Made by a program: the position numbers and the translations under genes. Below the pieces are notes generated by a model. The model was not told where the DNA came from. It searched no databases and saw nothing but the letters and a program-made list of their open reading frames with translations. Shown one piece after another: positions 26,012 through 36,707 of a DNA stretch of 37,311 bases. Source of the stretch: an uncultured Syntrophaceae bacterium (GTDB lineage Bacteria; Desulfobacterota; Syntrophia; Syntrophales; UBA4778); contig CAYXFF010000001.1 of NCBI GenBank assembly GCA_964464185.1, positions 16,083 to 53,393 of the forward strand. The letters run 5' to 3'. Position 1 is the stretch's first letter. Each line of letters begins with the position of its first letter.

Positions 26012-28534
26012 ATGTTTGGCTATGTATTAAAAAAAATTCTGGGAAGCAAAAACGACCGCGAACTGAAACGACTTTCCGTCATTCTGGATGAGATCAATCA
26101 CTTTGAGGAGAGGCTTCAGCGGCTTTCTGACGCTGAATTGCAGGCGAAGACGGAATCGTTCAGAGAGATGTTGTCGAATGGGGCGGTTCTCGAGGATTTT
26201 CTGGCTGAGGCCTTCGCTGTGGTGAGAGAGGCTGCCAGAAGAACCGTGGGCATGAGACCCTTCGATGTCCAGATCATCGGCGGGCTGGTGCTTCATGAGG
26301 GAAAGATTGCCGAAATGAAAACCGGCGAGGGGAAAACCCTGGCCGCGACAATGCCTGTTTATCTGAACGCGTTGATGGGAAAGGGCGTGCACGTGGTCAC
26401 CGTGAATGACTATCTCGCGAGACGCGACGCGGAATGGATGGGCCCGATCTATAAATTCATCGGCTTATCCGTGGGGGTGATCGTCCATGGAATGGACGAT
26501 GATGAACGAAGAACGGCATACAAAGCCGACATCACCTATGGAACGAACAACGAATTCGGCTTCGATTACCTCAGAGACAACATGAAATTCAGTCTCGAGG
26601 ACTATGTCCAGAGAGATTTTCATTACGCCATCGTGGACGAGGTGGACAGCATCCTCATCGATGAGGCGCGAACTCCTCTGATTATATCGGGAGCCGCGGA
26701 TGAATCCACGGATAAGTACTATCGGATCAACCAGATCATACCGCGTCTCCACAAGGACAGGGATTATTCGGTTGATGAAAAGAGCCGGACCGTTGTGCTG
26801 ACCGATCAGGGCGTGGCGAACACGGAGAAGCTGCTCAAGGTTCCCAACCTTTATGACCCGAGAAATATCGAGAGCCTTCATCACGTGAACCAGGCGCTGA
26901 AGGCTCATAATCTTTTCAGAAGGGATGTGGATTATCTCGTCAAGGAAGGGCAGGTCATCATTGTGGATGAGTTCACCGGAAGAGTCATGCCCGGGAGGCG
27001 ATACAGCGATGGTCTTCATCAGGCCCTCGAAGCGAAAGAACATGTGAAGATCGAGCGAGAAAATCAGACCCTCGCGACCATCACGTTCCAGAATTACTTC
27101 CGGATGTTTGAAAAACTTGGCGGCATGACAGGAACAGCGGACACGGAAGCTCAGGAATTCAAGGAGATATACAATCTCGAAGTGATCGTCGTTCCGACGA
27201 ACATGCCCATGATCCGGACAGATCATCCCGACGTGATCTACAAAACGGAAAACGAAAAATTCAAAGCGGCCGTCACTGAAATCAAAGAGCTTCACCAGAA
27301 GGGCAGGCCTGTTCTTGTGGGCACCATATCCATCGAAAAATCCGAGTTCCTCAGCAAGTATTTGAAAAAGGAAGGAATCAAACACCACGTTCTCAATGCG
27401 AAACATCATGAAAAAGAGGCCGAAATCATTGCCCAGGCTGGACAGAATGGGGCCGTGACTATTTCCACGAATATGGCGGGCAGAGGCACGGACATCAAAC
27501 TTGGACCGGGTGTCGCGGAACTCGGCGGCCTTCATGTGCTCGGGACAGAACGGCACGAAAGCAGACGAATCGATAATCAGTTGCGGGGCCGTTCCGGGAG
27601 GCAGGGCGATATGGGTTCTTCACGGTTTTATCTTTCACTCGAAGATGATCTCCTGAGAATATTCGGTGCGGAAAGGATTTCGTCCATCATGGACAGGGTC
27701 GGCTTCGAAGAGGATCAGCCCATAGAGCACAATCTGATATCAAAGGCCATTGAGAATGCTCAGAAGCGCGTGGAGGGACAGAATTTTGATATCCGCAAAC
27801 ACCTTCTGGAATACGATGATGTCATGAATCAGCAGCGGCAGATCATTTACGGACAGCGCAGGGAAGTACTGGGCGGCGAGGATCTGTGGCCTTATCTCGA
27901 CGAGATGCTTGAGGAAGTCGTGGATGATTCTCTTGACCGTTTCATCGACGAAAAAGCACACCCCGAGGAATGGGATTTAAAAGGGTTGGACGACTGGGTC
28001 CTCAAGCAGTTTTCTCTCAGCCTCAAAATGAAGGATATCGATCCGGACCGGGTCGAGAAGAATGCATTAAGGGATAAGATTCTCTCCGGTGTGAAGACAC
28101 ATCTGCGGGAGAAAGAGAGTACCTTTGGAAAACCGGTCATGGATTATCTTATGAGGTATATCATGCTTCAGTCCATCGATACGCACTGGAAGGATCATCT
28201 GCTGGACATGGATCATCTCAAGGAGGGCATTGGATTGAGGGGCTACGGGCAGAAAGATCCGAAGCGAGAGTATCAGAGAGAAGGCTACGACATGTTTCTT
28301 GATATGAATGATCGCATCAAGGATGATGTGCTGGAAAAACTCTGCATGGTCCAGGTTCAACGAGAGGATGAATTGCCTGAATCGAGAGACGATCAGAGAC
28401 AGGATTACGTCATGAGCCGCGGAGGCCAGCCGGCAGATGGAAAAAGTGTTAAACGAGATGGACATAAGGTCGGCAGGAACGAGCCCTGTCCATGCGGGAG
28501 CGGTAAAAAATACAAGAAATGCTGCGGGAAATAA
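26012..28534 (+). CDS. secA: Preprotein translocase ATPase SecA
   Basis: 840 aa with DEAD-like motor motifs ([38 protein letters not shown]) and a C-terminal zinc-binding tail ([14 protein letters not shown]). Confidence 0.98.
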   Translation: MFGYVLKKILGSKNDRELKRLSVILDEINHFEERLQRLSDAELQAKTESFREMLSNGAVLEDFLAEAFAVVREAARRTVGMRPFDVQIIGGLVLHEGKIAEMKTGEGKTLAATMPVYLNALMGKGVHVVTVNDYLARRDAEWMGPIYKFIGLSVGVIVHGMDDDERRTAYKADITYGTNNEFGFDYLRDNMKFSLEDYVQRDFHYAIVDEVDSILIDEARTPLIISGAADESTDKYYRINQIIPRLHKDRDYSVDEKSRTVVLTDQGVANTEKLLKVPNLYDPRNIESLHHVNQALKAHNLFRRDVDYLVKEGQVIIVDEFTGRVMPGRRYSDGLHQALEAKEHVKIERENQTLATITFQNYFRMFEKLGGMTGTADTEAQEFKEIYNLEVIVVPTNMPMIRTDHPDVIYKTENEKFKAAVTEIKELHQKGRPVLVGTISIEKSEFLSKYLKKEGIKHHVLNAKHHEKEAEIIAQAGQNGAVTISTNMAGRGTDIKLGPGVAELGGLHVLGTERHESRRIDNQLRGRSGRQGDMGSSRFYLSLEDDLLRIFGAERISSIMDRVGFEEDQPIEHNLISKAIENAQKRVEGQNFDIRKHLLEYDDVMNQQRQIIYGQRREVLGGEDLWPYLDEMLEEVVDDSLDRFIDEKAHPEEWDLKGLDDWVLKQFSLSLKMKDIDPDRVEKNALRDKILSGVKTHLREKESTFGKPVMDYLMRYIMLQSIDTHWKDHLLDMDHLKEGIGLRGYGQKDPKREYQREGYDMFLDMNDRIKDDVLEKLCMVQVQREDELPESRDDQRQDYVMSRGGQPADGKSVKRDGHKVGRNEPCPCGSGKKYKKCCGK

Positions 28535-28575
28535 GAATGAACATGATGTCGGTCAAAAGGCGATGAGAGGAAAAG

Positions 28576-29775
28576 ATGAAGAAAGAAAATGAGAATCTTA
28601 TCGTTCCAGGATTTATGGCCAATGGGATTCACGCGGGTATCAAGGAAGACGGGCGGAAGGATCTTTCTCTGATTTTTTCAGACCGACCGGCGAGCGCGGC
28701 GGGCGTTTTCACAACGAACGCCTTCAAGGCAGCCCCCGTCATTCTTGACATGGAAAGGCTGAAAACGGGCGAGGCGCAGGCTATTCTGGCAAACAGCGGT
28801 AATGCCAACGCCGCGACCGGAACGCAGGGTCTCAACGATTCCCGTGCCATGGCCAAGGCAGCGGCCAACGCTATGAAGATTTCAGAAAAGCAGGTTCTGG
28901 TCGCATCCACGGGAATCATTGGAAAGAGGCTGCCTATTGGAAAAATCAACAAAAGAATCCCAGCGCTTGTGAGGGGGTTGAACCCGTCGGGTTTTCCTGA
29001 CGCCCAGGAAGGCATCATGACGACCGATCAATTCCCCAAGATCGAATACAGAAAACGTGTGATTTCCGGAAAAGAAATCTCGCTTTGCGGGATCGCGAAG
29101 GGGGCGGGCATGATCGAACCGGGTATGGCGACTATGCTGTCGTTTGTCATGACGGATGCCGCGGTGGACAGCGAGACGCTCAGGCGATGCCTGGTCAGCG
29201 GGGTCGATGAAAGCTTCAATGCCATATCGGTTGACGGCTGCATGAGCACGAACGACACGGTGATTCTCCTCGCCAATGGCAGGGCGGGAAACAAAAGCCT
29301 GACAGGAAGATCACGCGATCTATCCGCTTTTCGGGACATGCTGTCTGAAATACTGCGGGCGCTCGCAATTTCCATCGTCAGGGATGGGGAGGGGGCGACC
29401 AAGGTCATCGGCATAAGGGTGGAGGAAGCTCGCACCCGGGAAGAGGCAAAGAAAGTAGCCTTCACCATCGCGCGTTCAAACCTCGTGAAAGCAGCGTTTT
29501 TTGGCCAGGATCCGAACTGGGGCAGAATCATATCCGCCATTGGGGCCTCAGGCGTTGCACTTTCTGTCGGTGACGTGAGGCTTTATTTCGACCAGATTCC
29601 GCTTTTCCGTCAAGGCAGGGGTGTCGAGGGGAATGAAAAGAAACTTTCAGAAGTGATGAAGAAAGAATATATTCAAGTGCTTGTGAAACTTGGAACCGGG
29701 AAAGAGATTTTTTCGGCCTATGCTTCTGATCTTACCTATGATTATATTAGGATCAACGCGCACTACCACACGTGA
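28576..29775 (+). CDS. argJ: Bifunctional glutamate N-acetyltransferase / amino-acid acetyltransferase
   Basis: ArgJ family with the autoprocessing site context (GMATMLSFVMTDA) and a C-terminal ...YIRINAHYHT. 399 aa. Confidence 0.95.
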   Translation: MKKENENLIVPGFMANGIHAGIKEDGRKDLSLIFSDRPASAAGVFTTNAFKAAPVILDMERLKTGEAQAILANSGNANAATGTQGLNDSRAMAKAAANAMKISEKQVLVASTGIIGKRLPIGKINKRIPALVRGLNPSGFPDAQEGIMTTDQFPKIEYRKRVISGKEISLCGIAKGAGMIEPGMATMLSFVMTDAAVDSETLRRCLVSGVDESFNAISVDGCMSTNDTVILLANGRAGNKSLTGRSRDLSAFRDMLSEILRALAISIVRDGEGATKVIGIRVEEARTREEAKKVAFTIARSNLVKAAFFGQDPNWGRIISAIGASGVALSVGDVRLYFDQIPLFRQGRGVEGNEKKLSEVMKKEYIQVLVKLGTGKEIFSAYASDLTYDYIRINAHYHT

Positions 29776-29822
29776 GGTCCGGTCATGCCTGTTTAATTGT
29801 AAGATTTCAGGTTGTTTTTGCC

Positions 29823-29851
29823 TTGATATATTGAATTTATTGTGTTATGAG
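29823..29851 (+). promoter_or_regulatory. Candidate promoter TTGATA-N17-(TGt)TATGAG for rpsB-tsf
   Basis: TTGATA at 29823-29828, and an extended -10 (TG at 29843-29844, TATGAG at 29846-29851). This leaves a leader of about 100 nt before rpsB. Confidence 0.4.
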
Positions 29852-29959
29852 CCTGCGCGACTACACACACCTTCCGACCGTAGAGGGGTTGCTTTTCTTA
29901 AAAGTTCCGATATGGAATGACGGGGGTGGCGGAAACCAAACAAAACAGGAGGAAGCTTT

Positions 29960-30766
29960 ATGGCAAATGTTTCGATGAAATTGCTGCTGGAGTCGGGGGT
30001 TCACTTCGGCCATCAGACCAACAAATGGAACCCCAAGATGAAGCCCTATATATTCGGGGCAAGAAACGGCATTTACATCATAGATCTGCAGCAGACCGTG
30101 GAATATTTCAACATCGCGTACAAGTTTGTATGCAATACGGTTGCTGAGGGAAAGGAAGTTCTGTTTGTTGGTACCAAGAAGCAGGCCCAGGAATCCATCA
30201 AGACAGAGGCGGAGAGGGCGGACATGCCCTATGTCAACCAGCGGTGGCTGGGAGGGATGCTGACAAACTTCTCGACCATCAAGAGGAGCATCGACAGACT
30301 GAATCAGCTGGATAGAATGTTCAATGACGAAAGCGTTTATGCTTTTCCAAAAAAGGAAATACTTGGACTCAAGAAGGAGCGCGAAAAACTTGAGAAGGTT
30401 CTCGGAGGCATAAGAAAGATGAACGGACTTCCGGGGGCCCTCTTCATTGTGGATCCGAAAAAGGAGAACATAACAGTAAGGGAGGCTAGGAAATTATCGG
30501 TGCCCATCGTTGCCATTGTGGACACGAACTGTGACCCTGACACGATCGATTACATCATCCCGGGAAACGATGATGCCATCCGGGCCATAAAGCTTTTTGC
30601 ATCACGGATAGCGGATGCGGTACTCGAAGGGAAGTCGCGTCTGGAAGAGAAAATACAGGCGGAGAGCGACAAAGGGCCCGGTGAAAGGATATCGAATGAA
30701 ACGGGAGAGGCTGAATCCGATGTTCCGGAAAGTGTCGAAACGAAAGATGCATCCGGTTTGGAGTAG
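29960..30766 (+). CDS. rpsB: 30S ribosomal protein S2
   Basis: [22 protein letters not shown]..., preceded by AGGAGG. Acidic C-terminal extension. Confidence 0.98.
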   Translation: MANVSMKLLLESGVHFGHQTNKWNPKMKPYIFGARNGIYIIDLQQTVEYFNIAYKFVCNTVAEGKEVLFVGTKKQAQESIKTEAERADMPYVNQRWLGGMLTNFSTIKRSIDRLNQLDRMFNDESVYAFPKKEILGLKKEREKLEKVLGGIRKMNGLPGALFIVDPKKENITVREARKLSVPIVAIVDTNCDPDTIDYIIPGNDDAIRAIKLFASRIADAVLEGKSRLEEKIQAESDKGPGERISNETGEAESDVPESVETKDASGLE

Positions 30767-30813
30767 CCTTAAAAAACCGAATATTGAATCAAGAAAATTC
30801 AGGAGGTACGAAA

Positions 30814-31419
30814 TTGGATATATCGGCATCAATGGTAAAAGACCTGAGAGCAAAGACCGGGGCCGGAATGATGGATTGCAAAGAGGCTCTGACGGATTCT
30901 AATGGTGATTTTGAAAAAGCGGTGGAATACCTCAGAAAGAAGGGAATGTCCGCTGCGACGAAGCGTTCCTCCAAGGCCGCGAAAGAGGGAACCATCGCGT
31001 CTTATATCCATATGCAGGGCAGAATAGGGGTCATGGTGGAGATCAACTGCGAGACGGATTTTGTGGCGAAAACGGACGATTTCAAAGCCATGGCGAAGGA
31101 TATTGCCATGCACATTGCGGCGACAAATCCCATGTACGTCTCTCCAGAGCAGATTCCAGAGGATGTGCTCGCAGTAGAAAAGGATATCTACAAGAGTCAG
31201 GCCGCTGCAGAAAAAAAACCCGAAAAGATCTGGGATAAAATCATCCAGGGAAAGCTCAAGAAATACTATGAAGAGGTTTGCCTTCTGGATCAGAAATTTA
31301 TCAAGGACCCCGATATTTCCGTTGGAACCCTTGTCAATAATCTCATTGCGAAAACCGGGGAAAACATCATGGTCAGAAGATTCGCGAGATTCCAGCTCGG
31401 CGAGGAGCTGAAAAAGTAA
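30814..31419 (+). CDS. tsf: Translation elongation factor Ts
   Basis: TTG at 30814 lies 7 nt after AGGAGG and gives MDISASMVKDLRAKTGAGMMDCKEAL, the canonical EF-Ts N-terminus. The track start at 30784 has no Shine-Dalgarno. Confidence 0.93.
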   Translation: MDISASMVKDLRAKTGAGMMDCKEALTDSNGDFEKAVEYLRKKGMSAATKRSSKAAKEGTIASYIHMQGRIGVMVEINCETDFVAKTDDFKAMAKDIAMHIAATNPMYVSPEQIPEDVLAVEKDIYKSQAAAEKKPEKIWDKIIQGKLKKYYEEVCLLDQKFIKDPDISVGTLVNNLIAKTGENIMVRRFARFQLGEELKK

Positions 31420-31428
31420 GGAGCGTGA

Positions 31429-32160
<732 letters not shown>

Positions 32161-32164
32161 TGCA

Positions 32165-32722
32165 ATGAAAGAAAAGGTGTTCAAGGAATTAAAGAACCAG
32201 ATGGATGGCGCCATCGTGTCTCTTGAGAAATCGCTGGGAAAGGTTAGAACGGGACGGGCGTCTCTTTCCCTTCTGGACGGAATAAAGGTGGATTATTACG
32301 GGGTGCCGACGCCGCTGAATCAGGTGGCATCCTTATCCATACCGGAAAGCAGGCAGATTATCATATCGCCATGGGATGCAAGCGCCATCGGAAATATAGA
32401 GAAGGCCATCCAGAAGTCCGAGTTGGGACTCATGCCGAACAATGACGGGAAACTCATCCGAATTCATATACCGCCGCTGACGGAAGAGAGAAGAAAAGAA
32501 CTTGTAAAGGTCGTAAGGAAAATTGGGGAAGAGTCGAAGGTCAAGCTCAGAAATGCGAGACGTGACGCGAACGAACAGTTCAAGGTGCTTAAAAAGGACA
32601 ACAAGATATCCGAAGACGAACAGTTCAAGTACCAGGGTGAAGTCCAGAAGCTGACGGATGACCATATCAAAAAAACGGACGGTATTCTTACGGCAAAGGA
32701 AAAGGAGATCATGGAAATCTGA
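32165..32722 (+). CDS. frr: Ribosome recycling factor
   Basis: 185 aa with the typical Frr sequence (GRASLSLLDGIKVDYYG...PPLTEERRKELVK...). Confidence 0.97.
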   Translation: MKEKVFKELKNQMDGAIVSLEKSLGKVRTGRASLSLLDGIKVDYYGVPTPLNQVASLSIPESRQIIISPWDASAIGNIEKAIQKSELGLMPNNDGKLIRIHIPPLTEERRKELVKVVRKIGEESKVKLRNARRDANEQFKVLKKDNKISEDEQFKYQGEVQKLTDDHIKKTDGILTAKEKEIMEI

Positions 32723-32753
32723 ACTCTGCTCATGAAATTCATTGATCAGATTC

Positions 32754-32784
32754 AGGGAGCCTTCAGGCTCCCTATTTGTTTGTT
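32754..32784 (+). terminator. Rho-independent terminator after frr
   Basis: Stem GGGAGCC/GGCTCCC (32755-32761 pairs with 32766-32772), a TTCA loop, then the T-rich tail TATTTGTTTGTT. Confidence 0.75.
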
Positions 32785-32874
32785 CACAGAAGAACAAAAG
32801 CGACATTTCTTGAAAACGACTGCGGGCTATGATAATTGAAATGACGGAATGGAAATGCATAAACACGAGGCTTG

Positions 32875-33612
32875 ATGGACAGGCTGGATAAGAAGAGGCT
32901 GCCGAAGCACATCGCGATCATCATGGACGGCAATGGACGGTGGGCTCAGAAAAACAATCTGGGCAGGATTTCAGGACACCGGGCAGGCGCGGAGTCCGTC
33001 CGCGTTATCGTGGAGGCCTGCCGTGAAATCGGGATCCAATATCTGACCCTGTATGCTTTTTCCGTTGAGAACTGGATGAGACCGTCAAGGGAAGTCCGGG
33101 CGCTGATGAATCTTCTGGTCCAGTATCTTAAAAGCGAATACGAAACAATGATCAGAAACGATATCCGGCTGAACACGATAGGACAGATTGAAAACCTGCC
33201 CGTTAACGTGAGAGAATTTTTAGTAAAGACCATGGACTCCACAAGCAGTTGCAGGGGCATGGTTTTGAGCCTGGCCCTCAGTTACGGCGGAAGAGACGAA
33301 ATTGTCCGCGCGGTGAAGAAAATTGTTCAGAATGCGGTCGATGGAAAAATGAAATCCATCGAAATCTCAAAGGACCTCATTTCAAAAAACCTAGACACGG
33401 ACGGAATACCGGATCCGGATCTCCTGATACGGACAAGCGGGGAATACCGCCTGAGCAATTTCCTCCTCTGGCAGTCAGCCTATTCGGAACTCTACTTCAC
33501 GGAAGTTCTCTGGCCGGACTTTCGAAGAGAGAATTTGATCGAAGCCATCCTGGATTATCAGAACAGGGAGAGAAGGTTCGGGCTGACAAGCGAACAATTG
33601 ACGAAAGACTGA
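32875..33612 (+). CDS. uppS: Isoprenyl transferase (undecaprenyl diphosphate synthase)
   Basis: HIAIIMDGNGRWA...LTLYAFSVENW...RTSGEYRLSNFLLWQSAYSE motifs. The start is ATG at 32875 or the adjacent TTG at 32872. Confidence 0.95.
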   Translation: MDRLDKKRLPKHIAIIMDGNGRWAQKNNLGRISGHRAGAESVRVIVEACREIGIQYLTLYAFSVENWMRPSREVRALMNLLVQYLKSEYETMIRNDIRLNTIGQIENLPVNVREFLVKTMDSTSSCRGMVLSLALSYGGRDEIVRAVKKIVQNAVDGKMKSIEISKDLISKNLDTDGIPDPDLLIRTSGEYRLSNFLLWQSAYSELYFTEVLWPDFRRENLIEAILDYQNRERRFGLTSEQLTKD

Positions 33613-33617
33613 ATCAT

Positions 33618-34424
33618 ATGACACCTCACTTGAAGAGATGGCTGACGGGAGTATTGGCGGTTCCCCTCCTGTTTTCAATCATTTATTTCGGTTCAAAAGA
33701 GATATTTCTTCTGCTCGTGATTCTGCTGACCATTGCGGGAGCGGCGGAATATGGAGCCATGGCCTTTCAAAAGAACTTCTCCTGGGAAACAATCACGGGA
33801 TTTGCGGCGGCATTCTTTATCCCTGTCGCGGCCTATTTCGGCGGTCTTCAGCTTATCCTCTCTGTGGTGACCGTATTTTTTATGTCCGCCCTGCTCATTT
33901 TCCTGGGCAGTCTGAAGGAGGCGCCTTTCAACATGTCTCCCGTAAACAAGGTCGCTTTCGGCATCCTTTACGTCCCCTTATTGATGGCTCACCTCGTATT
34001 GATTCGCAATTTCAGTGACGGAGTGTTCTGGATATTTTTCATGATCGTCATTGCTTTTACGGGGGATATCACCGCTTTTTATGTGGGACGTAAATTCGGG
34101 AAAAGGAAGCTGCTTCCGAATGTGAGCGCGGGCAAGACGGTGGCGGGGACGATGGGTTCGGTGGTCGGGAGCGTGGCGGGATGCATGATATTCAAAACGT
34201 TTTTATTCCCGGAAATCGCCATGGGGCATGCTGTTGTCATGGGGTTTGTGGGAAACATTGTCGGAGAGCTTGGAGATCTTTGCGAATCGGCGATCAAGAG
34301 AAGTGCCGGGATCAAGGACTCGGGTTTCCTTTTTCCGGGTCACGGCGGAGTTCTTGACCGATTGGATTGTATTCTTTTCATCGCGCCTTTTTTATATTAC
34401 TACAGGCTTTACGTGATCGGGTAA
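33618..34424 (+). CDS. cdsA: Phosphatidate cytidylyltransferase
   Basis: Polytopic membrane protein with the C-terminal CdsA signature (SAIKRSAGIKDSGFLFPGHGGVLDRLD). ATG at 33618. The track ORF start at 33249 is an extension overlapping uppS. Confidence 0.9.
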   Translation: MTPHLKRWLTGVLAVPLLFSIIYFGSKEIFLLLVILLTIAGAAEYGAMAFQKNFSWETITGFAAAFFIPVAAYFGGLQLILSVVTVFFMSALLIFLGSLKEAPFNMSPVNKVAFGILYVPLLMAHLVLIRNFSDGVFWIFFMIVIAFTGDITAFYVGRKFGKRKLLPNVSAGKTVAGTMGSVVGSVAGCMIFKTFLFPEIAMGHAVVMGFVGNIVGELGDLCESAIKRSAGIKDSGFLFPGHGGVLDRLDCILFIAPFLYYYRLYVIG

Positions 34425-34469
34425 AGCGGTATCCATACCACGGCCGCAAATGATTCATATTCAACAGTC

Positions 34470-35642
34470 ATGATGAAGAAAATATCCATACTGGGCTCAA
34501 CGGGATCGATAGGGGTCAGCGCTCTGGAGGTCATCCGGAAACACGCGGACAGGCTTTCCGTCGCGGCTTTATCGGCGGGCAGAAACATTGGACTGCTGAG
34601 AGAGCAAATCCGGGAATTCAAACCCGGGGTAATTTCCGTTCTTCATGAAGAAGATGCCAGGGGGCTTATGCGCTCCGAGGAAATGAACGGGGAGACCGAG
34701 GTCGTCTGGGGCGCGGAAGGGTTAAGAAGGGTCGCGACAGCAGGGGATGCGCATATGGTGCTCTCCGCCATTGTCGGGGGGGCAGGGCTTCTTCCAACTC
34801 TGGAGGCCATCGATGCCGGGAAGGATATCGCGCTGGCAAACAAGGAGACCCTTGTCATGGCGGGAGGGCTTGTTATGGAGAAAGCCCGTCAGAGACGCGT
34901 AAAGATACTTCCCGTGGACAGCGAGCACAGCGCCATCTTCCAGTGCATGGAGGGACACAGAAGACAGGAAATCAAAAGGATCATTCTAACCGCCTCGGGG
35001 GGGCCGTTTCTGAACCTTTCTGTTGAAAAGATGCGGCATGTAACGGTGAAGGATGCCCTGCGGCACCCGAACTGGAAAATGGGGAAAAAGATCACCATTG
35101 ATTCCGCATCCATGATGAACAAGGGTCTTGAAGTCATTGAGGCCCGATGGCTTTTCGGCATGGATATTGAAAAAATCCATGTTCACATCCACCCGCAGAG
35201 CATTATTCACTCCATGGTTGAATATATAGACGGTTCCGTCATGGCGCAGCTTGGCATTCCCGACATGAAGGGGCCGATCTCGTACGCTTTTTCATATCCC
35301 GAAAGGTTCAAAAGCGAAGAAGAATCCGTCGATTTTATCAAGACCGGGAATCTCGAATTCATCCGGCCGGACATGGAGAGATTCCCCTGTTTGAAACTCG
35401 CCTATGAAGCGGCCAGGAAAGGTGGTACAATGCCCTGCGTTTTAAATGCGTCCAACGAGATCGCCGTGGAGGCCTTTCTTGCGGGAAGGATAGGATTCAT
35501 GGATATTCCGGTTGTCATTGCGATGGCCGTGGCCGCGCATGATGTTGGAGAGGCCTCGTCCATAGGGGTGATCCTGGAGGCCGACCGATGGGCGCGGGAA
35601 AAAGCAATGAAAATCATTCAAGGGTTCAATAAACAATCATGA
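34470..35642 (+). CDS. dxr: 1-deoxy-D-xylulose 5-phosphate reductoisomerase
   Basis: ISILGSTGSIG NADPH motif, LANKE, DSEHSA, and NKGLEVIEA motifs. 390 aa. Confidence 0.97.
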   Translation: MMKKISILGSTGSIGVSALEVIRKHADRLSVAALSAGRNIGLLREQIREFKPGVISVLHEEDARGLMRSEEMNGETEVVWGAEGLRRVATAGDAHMVLSAIVGGAGLLPTLEAIDAGKDIALANKETLVMAGGLVMEKARQRRVKILPVDSEHSAIFQCMEGHRRQEIKRIILTASGGPFLNLSVEKMRHVTVKDALRHPNWKMGKKITIDSASMMNKGLEVIEARWLFGMDIEKIHVHIHPQSIIHSMVEYIDGSVMAQLGIPDMKGPISYAFSYPERFKSEEESVDFIKTGNLEFIRPDMERFPCLKLAYEAARKGGTMPCVLNASNEIAVEAFLAGRIGFMDIPVVIAMAVAAHDVGEASSIGVILEADRWAREKAMKIIQGFNKQS

Positions 35643-36706
35643 TAGGTATAAACATTTTTGCCGTTATCATACTGCTGGGCATACTGATCTTTGTTCATGA
35701 GCTGGGACATTTTCTGGCTGCTAAATGGTCGGGAGTCGGTGTTCTCAAATTTTCCCTCGGATTTGGTCCACGCCTCTTAGGGAGAAAAGTCGGGGAGACG
35801 GAATATGTGATTTCCGCGGTCCCGCTTGGAGGTTATGTCAAGCTTCTCGGTGAATCGGAGGGAGATAAAATCGCGCCGGAAGATGAAAAGAGATCTTTTT
35901 TGAAGCAGCCGGTGATCAAAAGAATAGGGATCGTCGCCGCGGGTCCTTTTTTCAACTTTCTTTTCGCCGTCCTGGCCTTCTCATTGATATATATGATCGG
36001 GGTTCCCGCCCTGACATCGGATATCAGCGGTGTTCAGAAAGATTCCGTAGCCGACAAAGCAGGTCTGAGGGAAAACGATAAAATCATAGCCATGAACGGA
36101 AAAAAAATCACTACGTGGGGTGATATCGCTGAAACCATCACGAAAAGCGAGGGGAAGGAAATCTTCCTGCGCATTTCCCGCGGAACGGAAATAAAAGATG
36201 TCCGCTTAACTCCGCAGCTCACGAAATCCAAGAACATCTTCGGGGAAGATATGGATTCATACAAGATAGGAGTCCTCTCCTCGCAGAACACCACAACGAG
36301 AAGGCTGAATCCGATTATGGCCCTGTGGGAGGGAGTTCAGCAGACATGGACGATGACGGAACTCACCATCCTCAGCGTCATCAAACTCATGGAGGGCGTT
36401 ATTTCTCCCTCTACTCTCGGCGGCCCCATTCTCATAGCACAGATGGCAGGGGCCCAGGTCAAAAAGGGAATATTGCCATTTATTTTTTTCATGGCCATAT
36501 TGAGCGTCAATCTGGGTGTCCTCAACCTTCTGCCCGTTCCAGTCCTCGATGGGGGACATCTGTTCTTTTACGTGATTGAACTCGTCACGAGAAGGGAAAT
36601 TAACATCAAGTGGCGTGAATGGGCTCAGCAGGTTGGCTTCGTTCTTCTCATTCTTTTGATGCTCTTCGTATTTTACAATGATATCATGAGGATATTCAGC
36701 GATTAG
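35639..36706 (+). CDS. rseP: RIP metalloprotease RseP (site-2 protease, M50 family)
   Basis: HELGHF zinc motif, a PDZ region, and a C-terminal NLLPVPVLDGGH motif. The ATG overlaps the dxr stop (ATGA). Confidence 0.92.
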   Translation: MIGINIFAVIILLGILIFVHELGHFLAAKWSGVGVLKFSLGFGPRLLGRKVGETEYVISAVPLGGYVKLLGESEGDKIAPEDEKRSFLKQPVIKRIGIVAAGPFFNFLFAVLAFSLIYMIGVPALTSDISGVQKDSVADKAGLRENDKIIAMNGKKITTWGDIAETITKSEGKEIFLRISRGTEIKDVRLTPQLTKSKNIFGEDMDSYKIGVLSSQNTTTRRLNPIMALWEGVQQTWTMTELTILSVIKLMEGVISPSTLGGPILIAQMAGAQVKKGILPFIFFMAILSVNLGVLNLLPVPVLDGGHLFFYVIELVTRREINIKWREWAQQVGFVLLILLMLFVFYNDIMRIFSD

Positions 36707-36707
36707 A

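Noticed and set aside
25953-26030. 25-codon upstream ORF ([25 protein letters not shown]) spanning the terminator and overlapping the secA start; considered as a secM-like leader peptide
   Set aside because: There is no Shine-Dalgarno upstream. The FFF run is just the terminator T-tract read as codons. I have no basis for claiming an arrest peptide, so it is mentioned only as something Ribo-seq could exclude.
26465-27556. 363-aa ORF antisense to secA
   Set aside because: Its codons are exactly in register with the secA codons on the opposite strand (both phase 2 mod 3). It stays open simply because the sense codons TTA, CTA and TCA are avoided. The translation is low-complexity (rich in R, H, F, D) with no recognisable domain, start context or Shine-Dalgarno.
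33249-33617. 123-codon upstream extension of the cdsA ORF overlapping uppS
   Set aside because: The extension is an alternative frame of the well-supported uppS. CdsA homologues begin with the membrane segment that starts at ATG 33618.
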